A model generated the notes under the pieces. It saw only the letters and a program-made list of their open reading frames with translations. It was not told the origin of the DNA and searched no databases. Shown piece after piece: positions 9,566 to 18,483 of a stretch of 60,706 nt of DNA. Positions within the stretch are counted from its first letter, which is position 1; every line of letters begins with the position of its first letter. This DNA comes from a virus (taxonomy: Duplodnaviria > Caudoviricetes), in IMG/VR virus record IMGVR_UViG_3300031451_000004, positions 1 to 60,706 of that record. One strand, given 5' to 3'. The translations under genes were made by a program, and so were the position numbers.

Positions 9566-11253
9566 TACCAGATCATCGGATTCTCAAGATACTTTTCCAT
9601 GGAACCCTTCTCCTCTGGCACGGGTGGGTCGCCCGACATAAGGCACGCTGCATCCAACAAAGCAAATAGCGGGTCTACCTTCGCACTTCCACTATTTTGT
9701 TTGGTGATATACAAATTACTTCCCTTTAGCTCAACCTTGGCGTTTCCAGCGGCCCAGGCCAACATTTCTTGCCCGCAATGCCAAAAGGTTCCTTCTGCCA
9801 GTTTTCTTTCTACCGTTTTTATGTGTTTAGAAAACGAATGGCCCTGCGAAACACCAATGACTCGATCTTTTCCTACAATACCACGCTCTGCCAAAGCATC
9901 TATGATCGCTCCAATGCCAATAGGATCAAGCCCAACACCATAGAGCAGTCCAGTTGCGTCAAGCTCTGCAATCTGATCCGCAATTTCTTTGGTATCGGTT
10001 CCGGCTTTATCGACAATGCGCAACTGGCCCATCGCTTCAAAGTCGCGCAACCGCCCCTCAATCTGTTTATGGCGACGAAGCAAAACAGGTTGCGCCCACG
10101 CTTTGCCCCAGTGGAGATAATCGCGAGTTATTTTATCCCGACCAATTACAGCAAGCGCTAGAAGGTCATCCAGACCACCCCCGTCCACCCCCGCTACTAT
10201 CACCTCGGAACGCTCGATAAGGCTTTCTAGCGTCAGCGTAGGGTCTATCTGATCCATCCAGAAGTCTGCCCCCGCCCAACGATCAGAGGCTAAAGATATA
10301 CCAGCTTCAATGTTAAGATGCTGCGTTGCCCAACGAATGATTTCCGCATCGCCGCGCTCTTGAGCATTAACGAACTCTTCTTTAAGGCGGTCAACTGTAA
10401 TTGAACGTCCGCGATTCGGTGTCACCATGAACCAGTTGCGCGCATCTTTCCAAGCCTCTTTATCCTTCGCAATATCGGGAGGAAATTCATAGAGGATCGG
10501 AAGCGTCCGACCTTTCGACTTACCGTCTCGAATGCTGCGGGCTACGTCCAATTCACTTTTAAACACCCCAGTTGGCGGTTTCTCGCTTTGCGTCGTGATG
10601 AATATACCAAACGCTTCCGGTTGCGCGATCATACCACCGCGTAGCTGGCCGACTGCGGAATTTGCCTTGGCGCTGCTCGATACAACGTGCAGCTCATCTA
10701 CCAGAAAACCAGTCGGCTTTTGCCCAGTCAAAACGTTTGGGTCAAAGCTCATCACTTCAAGCGTAGAACCATTAGTAGTGTCAGTAATAGTTTTAAGATG
10801 CTGTTGAACTTTCATGCGCTTGGAAAGATATGGATCGAGTTGCACCATTCCCTGACATTGATCAAACGCTAGGACGGTAATATCCTGCGTCGGAGCCACA
10901 AGAAGAAACTTACCTTTGGGCCGTTCATTGAGAATGAGACTGGTCAACATCAGGCCAGCCGAGTAACTTGTTTTGCTATTCTTCTTCGCCACAAGCGCGA
11001 ATATCTCACGAATATAGCGCTCTTTTGCGGCCGCGTCCCAAGAACCGTGCAACGCCCGCACGATGTCACGGAACCAGTCGCCAGCCGCGTCTGCAAGCGT
11101 TGGATTGCCTGGTACATCCGTTAGACGGAGACGATTAAATACTGCAACGGCCTGATCGGCCAAACCTTTATTCAACTTAGGCAACTCAGGTAATAGACTG
11201 CGCCCAGTTCGAATGCGATCTTCCCAGTCAGGACAAGAGAGATCCCAAGTCAT
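9565..11253 (-). CDS. terL: Terminase large subunit
   Basis: Walker A-like VAKKNSKT, Walker B LVDELH, GVDGGGLDDL nuclease motif, KVDP. Confidence 0.95.
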   Translation of the reverse strand: MTWDLSCPDWEDRIRTGRSLLPELPKLNKGLADQAVAVFNRLRLTDVPGNPTLADAAGDWFRDIVRALHGSWDAAAKERYIREIFALVAKKNSKTSYSAGLMLTSLILNERPKGKFLLVAPTQDITVLAFDQCQGMVQLDPYLSKRMKVQQHLKTITDTTNGSTLEVMSFDPNVLTGQKPTGFLVDELHVVSSSAKANSAVGQLRGGMIAQPEAFGIFITTQSEKPPTGVFKSELDVARSIRDGKSKGRTLPILYEFPPDIAKDKEAWKDARNWFMVTPNRGRSITVDRLKEEFVNAQERGDAEIIRWATQHLNIEAGISLASDRWAGADFWMDQIDPTLTLESLIERSEVIVAGVDGGGLDDLLALAVIGRDKITRDYLHWGKAWAQPVLLRRHKQIEGRLRDFEAMGQLRIVDKAGTDTKEIADQIAELDATGLLYGVGLDPIGIGAIIDALAERGIVGKDRVIGVSQGHSFSKHIKTVERKLAEGTFWHCGQEMLAWAAGNAKVELKGSNLYITKQNSGSAKVDPLFALLDAACLMSGDPPVPEEKGSMEKYLENPMIW

Positions 11254-11657
11254 TAGTTGCGGTGCTTATCTTCCAAATCGTTTTTGGGCTTCTTAAGAAT
11301 GGCGGCCCACGGGTCCACGGGGTCGTCCTTCTCGGTTTCCTTTTCCTTAGAAGGGCGGCCAACTTTAGTCGAACCGTAAGCAATTGCATACAAAGCTTTA
11401 GCCGCAGAAACGCGCGCCGCTTCATTTGTGCCATCTGTAACGATCAACGCTAACGCATCAATGCCGTCGCGCATACGCTGCTGAGCGTATTCCGCTGCAG
11501 TTTCCATATCTTCCATAGTCACACGCCTACTAGGAATAGGAGGTGCAGGCGCCCGACCGTGCCTCTTCTCGACTTCAGGCTCAAGAATGGGAGCAGTTTC
11601 CTTCCGCTTGCGACCGGCACCAGGACGCCAACCGCCTTGGGGAAACTTCTCGCTCAT
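11253..11657 (-). CDS. terS: Terminase small subunit
   Basis: GGWRPGAGRK N-terminal motif; coupled to terL. Confidence 0.8.
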   Translation of the reverse strand: MSEKFPQGGWRPGAGRKRKETAPILEPEVEKRHGRAPAPPIPSRRVTMEDMETAAEYAQQRMRDGIDALALIVTDGTNEAARVSAAKALYAIAYGSTKVGRPSKEKETEKDDPVDPWAAILKKPKNDLEDKHRN

Positions 11658-11683
11658 AATGTTTATTCCTCTTACTTGATTAC

Positions 11684-11780
11684 TAAGTTATTGATAAGGC
11701 CGAAAAATCTGCGGCAGGGACCAAAGGCGGTGTAGAAAGGTAATGATATCAGGAACTTATGACCCCCCTTACCCCAATAC
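11684..11780 (-). promoter_or_regulatory. Candidate cos/packaging region with an IHF-like site
   Basis: Intergenic region just upstream of terS. TATCAATAACTTA (minus, 11684-11696) matches WATCAANNNNTTR. GGGGTAAGGGGGGTC...ACCGCC...CGCAGATTTTT resembles HK97-type cos regions. Confidence 0.5.
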
Positions 11781-11800
11781 CACATCACTGCTTCACTTCA

Positions 11801-11998
11801 TCATACAACCCACTCGCTGAACGGCTTTACGCCTGGAGCAAACGACTTTGCCACTGACACAGCGTCGCTCAGTTGGACCAACAGCTTTTCTGCCTCTGCT
11901 ACATGCAACTCGATCATCGCATTGTTCTTGGCGTCAAACAGCCGCAACAGCACGGTATCGGCAAACGCCTCGATCTTAATCCTGGGATCAACGATCAT
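11801..11998 (-). CDS. Hypothetical protein
   Basis: Coupled to the HNH gene. Confidence 0.6.
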   Translation of the reverse strand: MIVDPRIKIEAFADTVLLRLFDAKNNAMIELHVAEAEKLLVQLSDAVSVAKSFAPGVKPFSEWVV

Positions 11999-12312
11999 CA
12001 GTAGCGCTCTGTCATCCGCTGCTTACGAACCGCAAACGTCTTTTTAGAATGGCATGAACTGCACAGCACTTGCAGGTTGCTGCGCAACAGGGGTGCGCCA
12101 CCATCCTTTAGCTCTTGAATATGGTCAAGGAACATGCGCCCGCTACGATCACCACACTGCTCACACGTCCTGCCACGCTCACGCAGCACATCAGCAACCA
12201 GCTTACGCCATGGCTTTGACAGATAGAACGGATCGGCAGTCTTAGCTGGCACATGCGCCGTGCGCACATCCATGACAGCCAAGGACGGTTTAATCATAGT
12301 AAGTCTAGGCAT
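11998..12312 (-). CDS. HNH endonuclease (terminase-associated)
   Basis: CEQC...LDHI...NLQVLCSSCHSKKT. Confidence 0.92.
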   Translation of the reverse strand: MPRLTMIKPSLAVMDVRTAHVPAKTADPFYLSKPWRKLVADVLRERGRTCEQCGDRSGRMFLDHIQELKDGGAPLLRSNLQVLCSSCHSKKTFAVRKQRMTERY

Positions 12313-12472
12313 TATACCACCTAGCAGAGAACCCGCGCCACCATGGACGCCCCTTAAGGTTAGGTCTCATTTTGTTATATCGTATTACGACTTCAGTGCG
12401 CACTAACCGCTCCTTGTAAATCCACCATCCTTTATAAACGATTTGCATAGGTGGAGGCTTTATCTTTGCCAC
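12305..12472 (-). CDS. Small basic hypothetical protein (55 aa), not in the ORF track
   Basis: GTG start after AAGGA; fills the gap. Confidence 0.45.
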   Translation of the reverse strand: MAKIKPPPMQIVYKGWWIYKERLVRTEVVIRYNKMRPNLKGRPWWRGFSARWYNA

Positions 12473-12480
12473 AGCTATCC

Positions 12481-12873
12481 TTACACCAGCTCAAGGCGTG
12501 GCTGCTGAGCCTGCACACCAAGCCCAATCAAATCGATTTTGAGCGCACGTGCATAACGTTGCACAGCAAGCACTGCCTCCTCTTCTAGCTGCAGCAGCCC
12601 ACAAGGGTCATGCTGCCATGTGCCAAATGCTACGGCCCGCATTACTGGCGACTCTACCAGACCAAGCGCATCTGCTAAGAGGTGGTGAGTAAGCTCATGA
12701 TCACGGTTCATGGCGGCTAGATCGCCACCGTAGCCAACCCTAGCTGCGGTCGCCGCATACTCCGCAGTGTCGTGCGGCATCGCCTCAACCACCTTGCCAT
12801 CCATCAGAGTGGACGTAACGTAATCATGCCCGATCTCAATTGACGTGCAGCCTATCCGAACGCGCTTCATCAC
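12481..12873 (-). CDS. Hypothetical protein with HExxH motif
   Basis: DHELTHH...EEEAV, zincin-like. Confidence 0.55.
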   Translation of the reverse strand: MMKRVRIGCTSIEIGHDYVTSTLMDGKVVEAMPHDTAEYAATAARVGYGGDLAAMNRDHELTHHLLADALGLVESPVMRAVAFGTWQHDPCGLLQLEEEAVLAVQRYARALKIDLIGLGVQAQQPRLELV

Positions 12874-13061
12874 ATCGCCTTCATTTCGTTGATCTGTTTA
12901 CGGAAGCAGAGCGCGATACGCTGCCAAGAGCGCCCCTGGTTACGCATCGAGACTATGACATCAACTGTGCTGATGTCGCGTTCCATCAGCATTGCAACAT
13001 CGATACGCGAACCTTCGTCCTCATTGCTAGGCTGCAAGGTCACGTCGAGATAATCACGCAA
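12870..13061 (-). CDS. Hypothetical protein (possible HTH)
   Basis: MRNQGRSWQRIA; overlaps its neighbours. Confidence 0.45.
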   Translation of the reverse strand: MRDYLDVTLQPSNEDEGSRIDVAMLMERDISTVDVIVSMRNQGRSWQRIALCFRKQINEMKAM

Positions 13062-15880
13062 GATTTGGCAGGAACCCTTATGTCCTGGGTCACACCGTTG
13101 GTAACGCTGATGGTCGAGAAAACGCCGGGAGTATTGGCCGTGGGATTGTTCAAATTAGTTGTGGGATAAGTCCACAAAGTAGCCGAGCCGTTTCCAGTCG
13201 AATTAGCGGGCCAGTGGCTAAGGGCTACGGGTCCGTTAACATCGTTTCCATTAGAATTGACGATAGCGACGCCAAAACCGTCTGCATTCTGCGTTGCCCA
13301 CGCCTTCACGCCGCCCCAACCAGATGTCGTATTCACCAGGTTGCCAGGCATCGTAGCTATCAAGCGCTGCAAAGTATAATACTGAGGATAAAGGTTCATC
13401 CCGCCATCAATAAGATTGTATGCGGCCCCCCCATCGTCCATCAGGTCCCATATCGCTCCGTAAATCGGACGTAATGTGGCATCCTGCATTCCAAGCAAAG
13501 AGCTAATCAGGAAACACGCGCCAATGCTGGTCCCGGCTCGCTTGTCACCATCCCATGCGCCGCACTCGATATTGTATTCGCCCATCAAAAACGGAAGCGT
13601 ACTTCCGTATCCTGAATTAATCGTAGAGTCGAGCGATTGGATAAAACCTCGATATTTTCCATCGGCCAAGCAAATGGCATCGTCACCAGGGTATGGATCG
13701 GCGCCGTTACAATAATGGTATTGGTGCTGATCCAACAGTCCCAAAGTCGAATCAGACATGGAATTCACCATGCTCTGCAATTGGCCAGCGTTAAGCCCAG
13801 CGTTGACATCACCAGCGATGCGGTTCGCTGAGCTATCCCACTGCAAGCTCTGAATAAGCGTGTTGATCCCATTCTGATCGAGCCCGTGCTCATTGCCGTA
13901 TTCCCATAAAGTGCAAGGATTTGGACTGCCCGTACGCCACTTGTTCGATATGGTCTGGCCAGTGTTAGCATCATTAATACCGATGACCATGGTGCAGCTC
14001 GCAGGCACCATGCTTCCGATATTGGAAATTAGCGTATCAATGTTGTTGCCCTTGGCTTGCCATTGGCTATGCACACGGAACAAGGGAAGGTTGAGATCCC
14101 GCATCTTCGAGCGGAACGTCCCGTTGTTGACCCACTGCCAGTTATTGTTGTCGAAACCGCCGCTGGAAACTCCGAATAGCTGCGGAAGAACTTTGACGCC
14201 ATACTTACCAGCACCAGAGGTGAAATTCGTAAAATCAACGGTGATAAAGCCACTCGAAGATGCCGGACCCGATCCACCAGTCGGAGGCGTAATAGTGCCG
14301 CTCGCAACAGGCTGAGTTGGCGTAACAGGCTGAGTTGGCGCAAAAACTGTAGCAAGCGGAGCTGGCGCAGTCGTTGGTATCGGACTGGGCTCTGGGCCAG
14401 TATATGCTGCACTGATGCTTACGCGCGTATACCAATTGCCCTGGTAGTTCCTCTGCCAAAGCTGATGGTTATGGTAGTAAAGCTGCACCACGCCAGAGCT
14501 GGTAAGCCGGTCCTCTTGACCATCTTGGACAATATAGCGCGCAGGACTAATCGAATAAACGTGGCCTTGCGCGTCTCTCAGCGTCGGCCCAACCGTTGTA
14601 ACGCTCGCACCCTCTGCTGATTCGTTAGCAACGGCAGTAAGGGTTACAGGACGGTTTTTGAGAACCGAGACACTCTCGATTTGGTAGGTCTGCGGATACG
14701 CCAAACCATCAGGCGGATAACCCTGCCATGATCCGGCCGCTCCGACGCTCATAGACACAATCAAATGCATGGGCACACGCATACTGTCCGGCGTGACCAT
14801 CTGAGCAAACTGAATGCCGTCTATAAACCAGGTTATGAAATCAGCCTGCCAATCACAGCTATAATCGTGAAAAGTAGTTGAGAGGTCATCGGTATAGTAG
14901 TGCTGACTGTTCGTAGTCGGTGCATTGGCCGCGCCCCAGAATGCATCGGTTGAGACCGTGCCTGGCTGCCTGCCAATCACCTCCATGATATCCAGCTCGG
15001 GCGGCCACGTTCCATCATTCGGCATGAGCCAAAACTGACAGGTCATACCACTGCCGTTGCTGATTTTGGCTCGAATGCTGAAGTAACCGTAAATCGTGCT
15101 GAACTTGCCTTGCGTGTTCAACAAACCAGAGGTGAAGGGTAGGTTATTCACCTCCGCAAGATGCGCGGACGGCGTTGGATTGGTGCTGATGGTCAGCATG
15201 CCGTTGGCTAGGCTGAACGGATTTGCCCCAACATAAGGCGGCGAACGTGGATCAATACGGAACGCGGCCCCGTCTATGCTTCCCTCTGACGCTGAGCTGT
15301 AGAGGTATTCCGGGTTCCACTTATTCCAGTCAATCGATGGGGCCTTAAAGTCATCATAAAACAGCGCCATGCTCGAAGGACTGGGCGGAAGTGAATTGGT
15401 GCCAGTGCCAGGAGCCGGTGTGGTGCTACCTCCAGTGCTGACCGGGCTACGCGGATCACCAGTTGTTTGCAAAATAAAGGAATCGCCGGAAATCAGAAAC
15501 CAATTACCAGACACGCCCTCAAAATAAACAGTGTGATTGTAGTAAAGCGCAGCTTTGCCATTTACGTTGGCCGGGCTAGGTATTAGAGCTACGCCACGGT
15601 AAAGCTGCAAACCACTCGCCGCTGGTTGCCGCAACGTGTAAAGCGCGAGCCCAGAGTCCACAATCAAGCCAGATGTGGAATTGATCACCACACCAGACGC
15701 AGACTCGGTTTGCGCCGGTGGCGCGGTGCCGCTTCCAGATGTCAGCAAAGCTGCAAACGTATTTAAATCGACCTTCACAACCGTCGAGCCATCTTTGCTA
15801 AGCTGCAAGATTTCATTGCCCGTAAACGGCAGGTTTGCCACGGGCAAGAGCGCTATTGGCGTCGTGGGAGCAAGGGCCAT
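13040..15880 (-). CDS. Multi-domain fibre/depolymerase: GH16 domain plus clan GH-A (GH39-like) TIM barrel
   Basis: FYDDF...YGYFSIRAK...WPPELDIME (GH16 ExDxxE). C-terminal WEYGNE and MGEYN acid/base and nucleophile motifs. Pro/Thr linkers. Confidence 0.8.
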   Translation of the reverse strand: MALAPTTPIALLPVANLPFTGNEILQLSKDGSTVVKVDLNTFAALLTSGSGTAPPAQTESASGVVINSTSGLIVDSGLALYTLRQPAASGLQLYRGVALIPSPANVNGKAALYYNHTVYFEGVSGNWFLISGDSFILQTTGDPRSPVSTGGSTTPAPGTGTNSLPPSPSSMALFYDDFKAPSIDWNKWNPEYLYSSASEGSIDGAAFRIDPRSPPYVGANPFSLANGMLTISTNPTPSAHLAEVNNLPFTSGLLNTQGKFSTIYGYFSIRAKISNGSGMTCQFWLMPNDGTWPPELDIMEVIGRQPGTVSTDAFWGAANAPTTNSQHYYTDDLSTTFHDYSCDWQADFITWFIDGIQFAQMVTPDSMRVPMHLIVSMSVGAAGSWQGYPPDGLAYPQTYQIESVSVLKNRPVTLTAVANESAEGASVTTVGPTLRDAQGHVYSISPARYIVQDGQEDRLTSSGVVQLYYHNHQLWQRNYQGNWYTRVSISAAYTGPEPSPIPTTAPAPLATVFAPTQPVTPTQPVASGTITPPTGGSGPASSSGFITVDFTNFTSGAGKYGVKVLPQLFGVSSGGFDNNNWQWVNNGTFRSKMRDLNLPLFRVHSQWQAKGNNIDTLISNIGSMVPASCTMVIGINDANTGQTISNKWRTGSPNPCTLWEYGNEHGLDQNGINTLIQSLQWDSSANRIAGDVNAGLNAGQLQSMVNSMSDSTLGLLDQHQYHYCNGADPYPGDDAICLADGKYRGFIQSLDSTINSGYGSTLPFLMGEYNIECGAWDGDKRAGTSIGACFLISSLLGMQDATLRPIYGAIWDLMDDGGAAYNLIDGGMNLYPQYYTLQRLIATMPGNLVNTTSGWGGVKAWATQNADGFGVAIVNSNGNDVNGPVALSHWPANSTGNGSATLWTYPTTNLNNPTANTPGVFSTISVTNGVTQDIRVPAKSCVIIST

Positions 15881-15895
15881 AAGTCTATGCCTACC

Positions 15896-18415
15896 TTAAG
15901 CGACGGGCAATGGATAGGGATCATCGACCATGTCTACAAACAAACCAATATCGGTGATCGTATAGGCATTGTCTGTTCCGGTTCCATTGTGGAAGCCGAA
16001 AAGCAACTGGTTTTGGTGAACTGGAATGGAGAATTTGAGCACGATGCGCTTGGGAACGTTAAGCGGAAGTTGCTGCAAAGTGTAATTGGCATCCACGTAT
16101 GGGCTATCATACTGCCATACAGTAAGCGGCCCGGAGCCTTGTGTGCGCGTAACTGTCGCCGCAAAAACAAAGCTTTCAGCCGGAATACCTAAGTTATGTG
16201 GATACTCTCCAACAAAGCCACATTGCACACTCTGGTTAGAGCCGCCGTTCCCAACAAACGCAATGGAGTTTGGTGCCCTGTTGATCGATCCCGTATCAGT
16301 GTAGGTATACCAAGCACCACCCGATAGGTCCTGGGCATAATCCAAATAGTTATGGATTGGCGGCGCCGGATACGACGGGAACTTATTTATAGAACCGAAG
16401 TAATGACCATAAGCAGCAGATGTGTTTGGAATATTATTGCTGTTGTCAGAAAGCTTACCAGAATAGGCACCATTGGATTCCCAATAGCAGGCATATGAAA
16501 CATTATTATCAATGCACATTTGCCGGAAACGCTTTAGATACGGACCAAAGTTTTCAGTCGAGACGCCCCACTCTGGGAAACAAATTGGTTTGCCGTGCTG
16601 CTTTCCGAAACCGATCAACCAATTAACGCCGGTCGCACGCACGCTATGATAATCCCAGGCAAAGACGGGAGTGAAGGGCGTTCCATAAACGGTATCGTTG
16701 TAGACATCAAGACCGATAAAATCGACCACATCATCACCGGGATACGACAGAGCTGGATCATCGTTGCCAGCTTCTGGACAAAAGACGATTTTAACACGGT
16801 TCAACGTATCAACACTACGAATGATGCCGACAAACCGGCGCCATGCCGCGATGAAGTTAGCCTCTACGTTACCAGACGCCCAAGGAAACTGCCCAAACGC
16901 ATTATGTTCCCAATCGATGCGCCAAAGAATACGTGTCGGACGCGGTTTACCCGCCCGGTCGCAAATAACATCGATTTTACCAACATTCGGATCTGCATCG
17001 CTTTTGGTCAGAATGCGTTCAATGGCATCTCGCCAAATCGCGTCATAGACCCCATTGGCGGCATCTGTAAAATTGGCGCCCGACCAAAAGTTAGGCGTCG
17101 AGATGCACTGCCTACCCTCATCTCCGCCTCTAATCCCAATCGCGTAATAAATGGAATTGGTATAATCGTTTTGAGAAGCGTTGCCCGTAAAAACGCTGGA
17201 TAGCGGACTGGGCTGACCAAGCCAAGCATCATACGCCTGAACAGTGCCCGTATAGCCGTCGACGTTTGCACCAAAGAGCGTGTTCACTGCTGAGAGAGGG
17301 TCAGAGATCATTCCGTTTACGGGCAATGGTGTAGGTGTGGGACTGGGGGTCGTGCCCGCATTCGGCATCGATCCATACGGGGCCTGCTGCTGCACCGAAG
17401 TGTTGGTTTCAAGCAACGCCATCGACATGGCGGACGATCCTGATCCGACAGCAGCTTTCGGATCAACAAATAAACCAACATGCGAAACTGGGCCGACAGT
17501 CGTAACAGGCACTTGCGAAATTAAAGTCCATACACCCAGCGCAGCATTCGCTGTAGTTGCTGCTAAATAGGTCCAGTTATTTGCATCCCTGACCAGCTTT
17601 ACGAGATACTCCGTCCCATTGGAACCGAACGCTTGATTGCCCGCATGCGCACCGTCAATCCCAACCCCAGAACCTTGAGGAGCGGAGAAATCGACACCAA
17701 GGAAGTACTGACTTCCTGTTTGAAACAAGGTCGAAATCGGCATAGACCCAGAGTTTACAAGCACCAGCCCGCCACCCGAAGCCGCAGACAGACTCGGCGT
17801 AATCCGCGCAATAATACTGCCAGTAGTGATCTTGAGCGGCGTCACTAACCCGTGGACGCTATCAATTCCATCATTGGGTGCAGTAATGACCAATGGCGAA
17901 CTGCCACCGCCACTAACAGTAGCGTTGCCCTTGTTCAACCAGTAGAAGCTCAAGCCAGCCAATGTGGCCGCAACCGTGGTGTCCAAGAAGGTATTGCTCC
18001 ATGGCGCGGTGGTGCCTGGAGCTGGCGTCGTGGTACCTGGAGCCGGCGTGGTGGTACCGGGGGCGGGCGTGGTAGTGCCTGGAGCGGGCGTAGTGGTGCC
18101 TGGAGCTGGTGCAGTAATGCTCACAGCCTGAAAAGAGAGAATATCACCTAAAGTCGTTTGTTTCCATGTGCCGTCCTGATAGATCGGCATTACATTAGTA
18201 ACGGCCAATCCAGAGGCATCTGGTATCTGGCTAATCGCCACGACAGAGGCCGTGCCACTGGTCGGAATTCCAGCCGCATCTAAGGTAGCCGTGCCAAAAA
18301 TACGTTTTGTCGGATCGACGGGCGACGGTTGCGATATGACCAAATGCGAGCCATCAGGAAATGACTGCATGGGAACAAGACTGTCGAGAGTAACGGGTGG
18401 AACAGAACCAGACAT
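15896..18415 (-). CDS. Multi-domain fibre/depolymerase with a GH26 domain
   Basis: RIDWEHN, FIAAWRRFV, YPGDDVVDFIGLDVYN, FGKQHGKPICFPEWGV; TPAPGTT linker repeats. Confidence 0.82.
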   Translation of the reverse strand: MSGSVPPVTLDSLVPMQSFPDGSHLVISQPSPVDPTKRIFGTATLDAAGIPTSGTASVVAISQIPDASGLAVTNVMPIYQDGTWKQTTLGDILSFQAVSITAPAPGTTTPAPGTTTPAPGTTTPAPGTTTPAPGTTAPWSNTFLDTTVAATLAGLSFYWLNKGNATVSGGGSSPLVITAPNDGIDSVHGLVTPLKITTGSIIARITPSLSAASGGGLVLVNSGSMPISTLFQTGSQYFLGVDFSAPQGSGVGIDGAHAGNQAFGSNGTEYLVKLVRDANNWTYLAATTANAALGVWTLISQVPVTTVGPVSHVGLFVDPKAAVGSGSSAMSMALLETNTSVQQQAPYGSMPNAGTTPSPTPTPLPVNGMISDPLSAVNTLFGANVDGYTGTVQAYDAWLGQPSPLSSVFTGNASQNDYTNSIYYAIGIRGGDEGRQCISTPNFWSGANFTDAANGVYDAIWRDAIERILTKSDADPNVGKIDVICDRAGKPRPTRILWRIDWEHNAFGQFPWASGNVEANFIAAWRRFVGIIRSVDTLNRVKIVFCPEAGNDDPALSYPGDDVVDFIGLDVYNDTVYGTPFTPVFAWDYHSVRATGVNWLIGFGKQHGKPICFPEWGVSTENFGPYLKRFRQMCIDNNVSYACYWESNGAYSGKLSDNSNNIPNTSAAYGHYFGSINKFPSYPAPPIHNYLDYAQDLSGGAWYTYTDTGSINRAPNSIAFVGNGGSNQSVQCGFVGEYPHNLGIPAESFVFAATVTRTQGSGPLTVWQYDSPYVDANYTLQQLPLNVPKRIVLKFSIPVHQNQLLFGFHNGTGTDNAYTITDIGLFVDMVDDPYPLPVA
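18005..18118 (-). repeat. 21-bp coding tandem repeat (TPAPGTT x~5)
   Basis: Visible repeats that differ at synonymous positions. Confidence 0.85.
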
Positions 18416-18483
18416 ACCTTAACTCTCCAATTGACTCTGATTCCGCCTTAAAGTTTAGGCCACAAAAATAATTTGTGTTAGCG

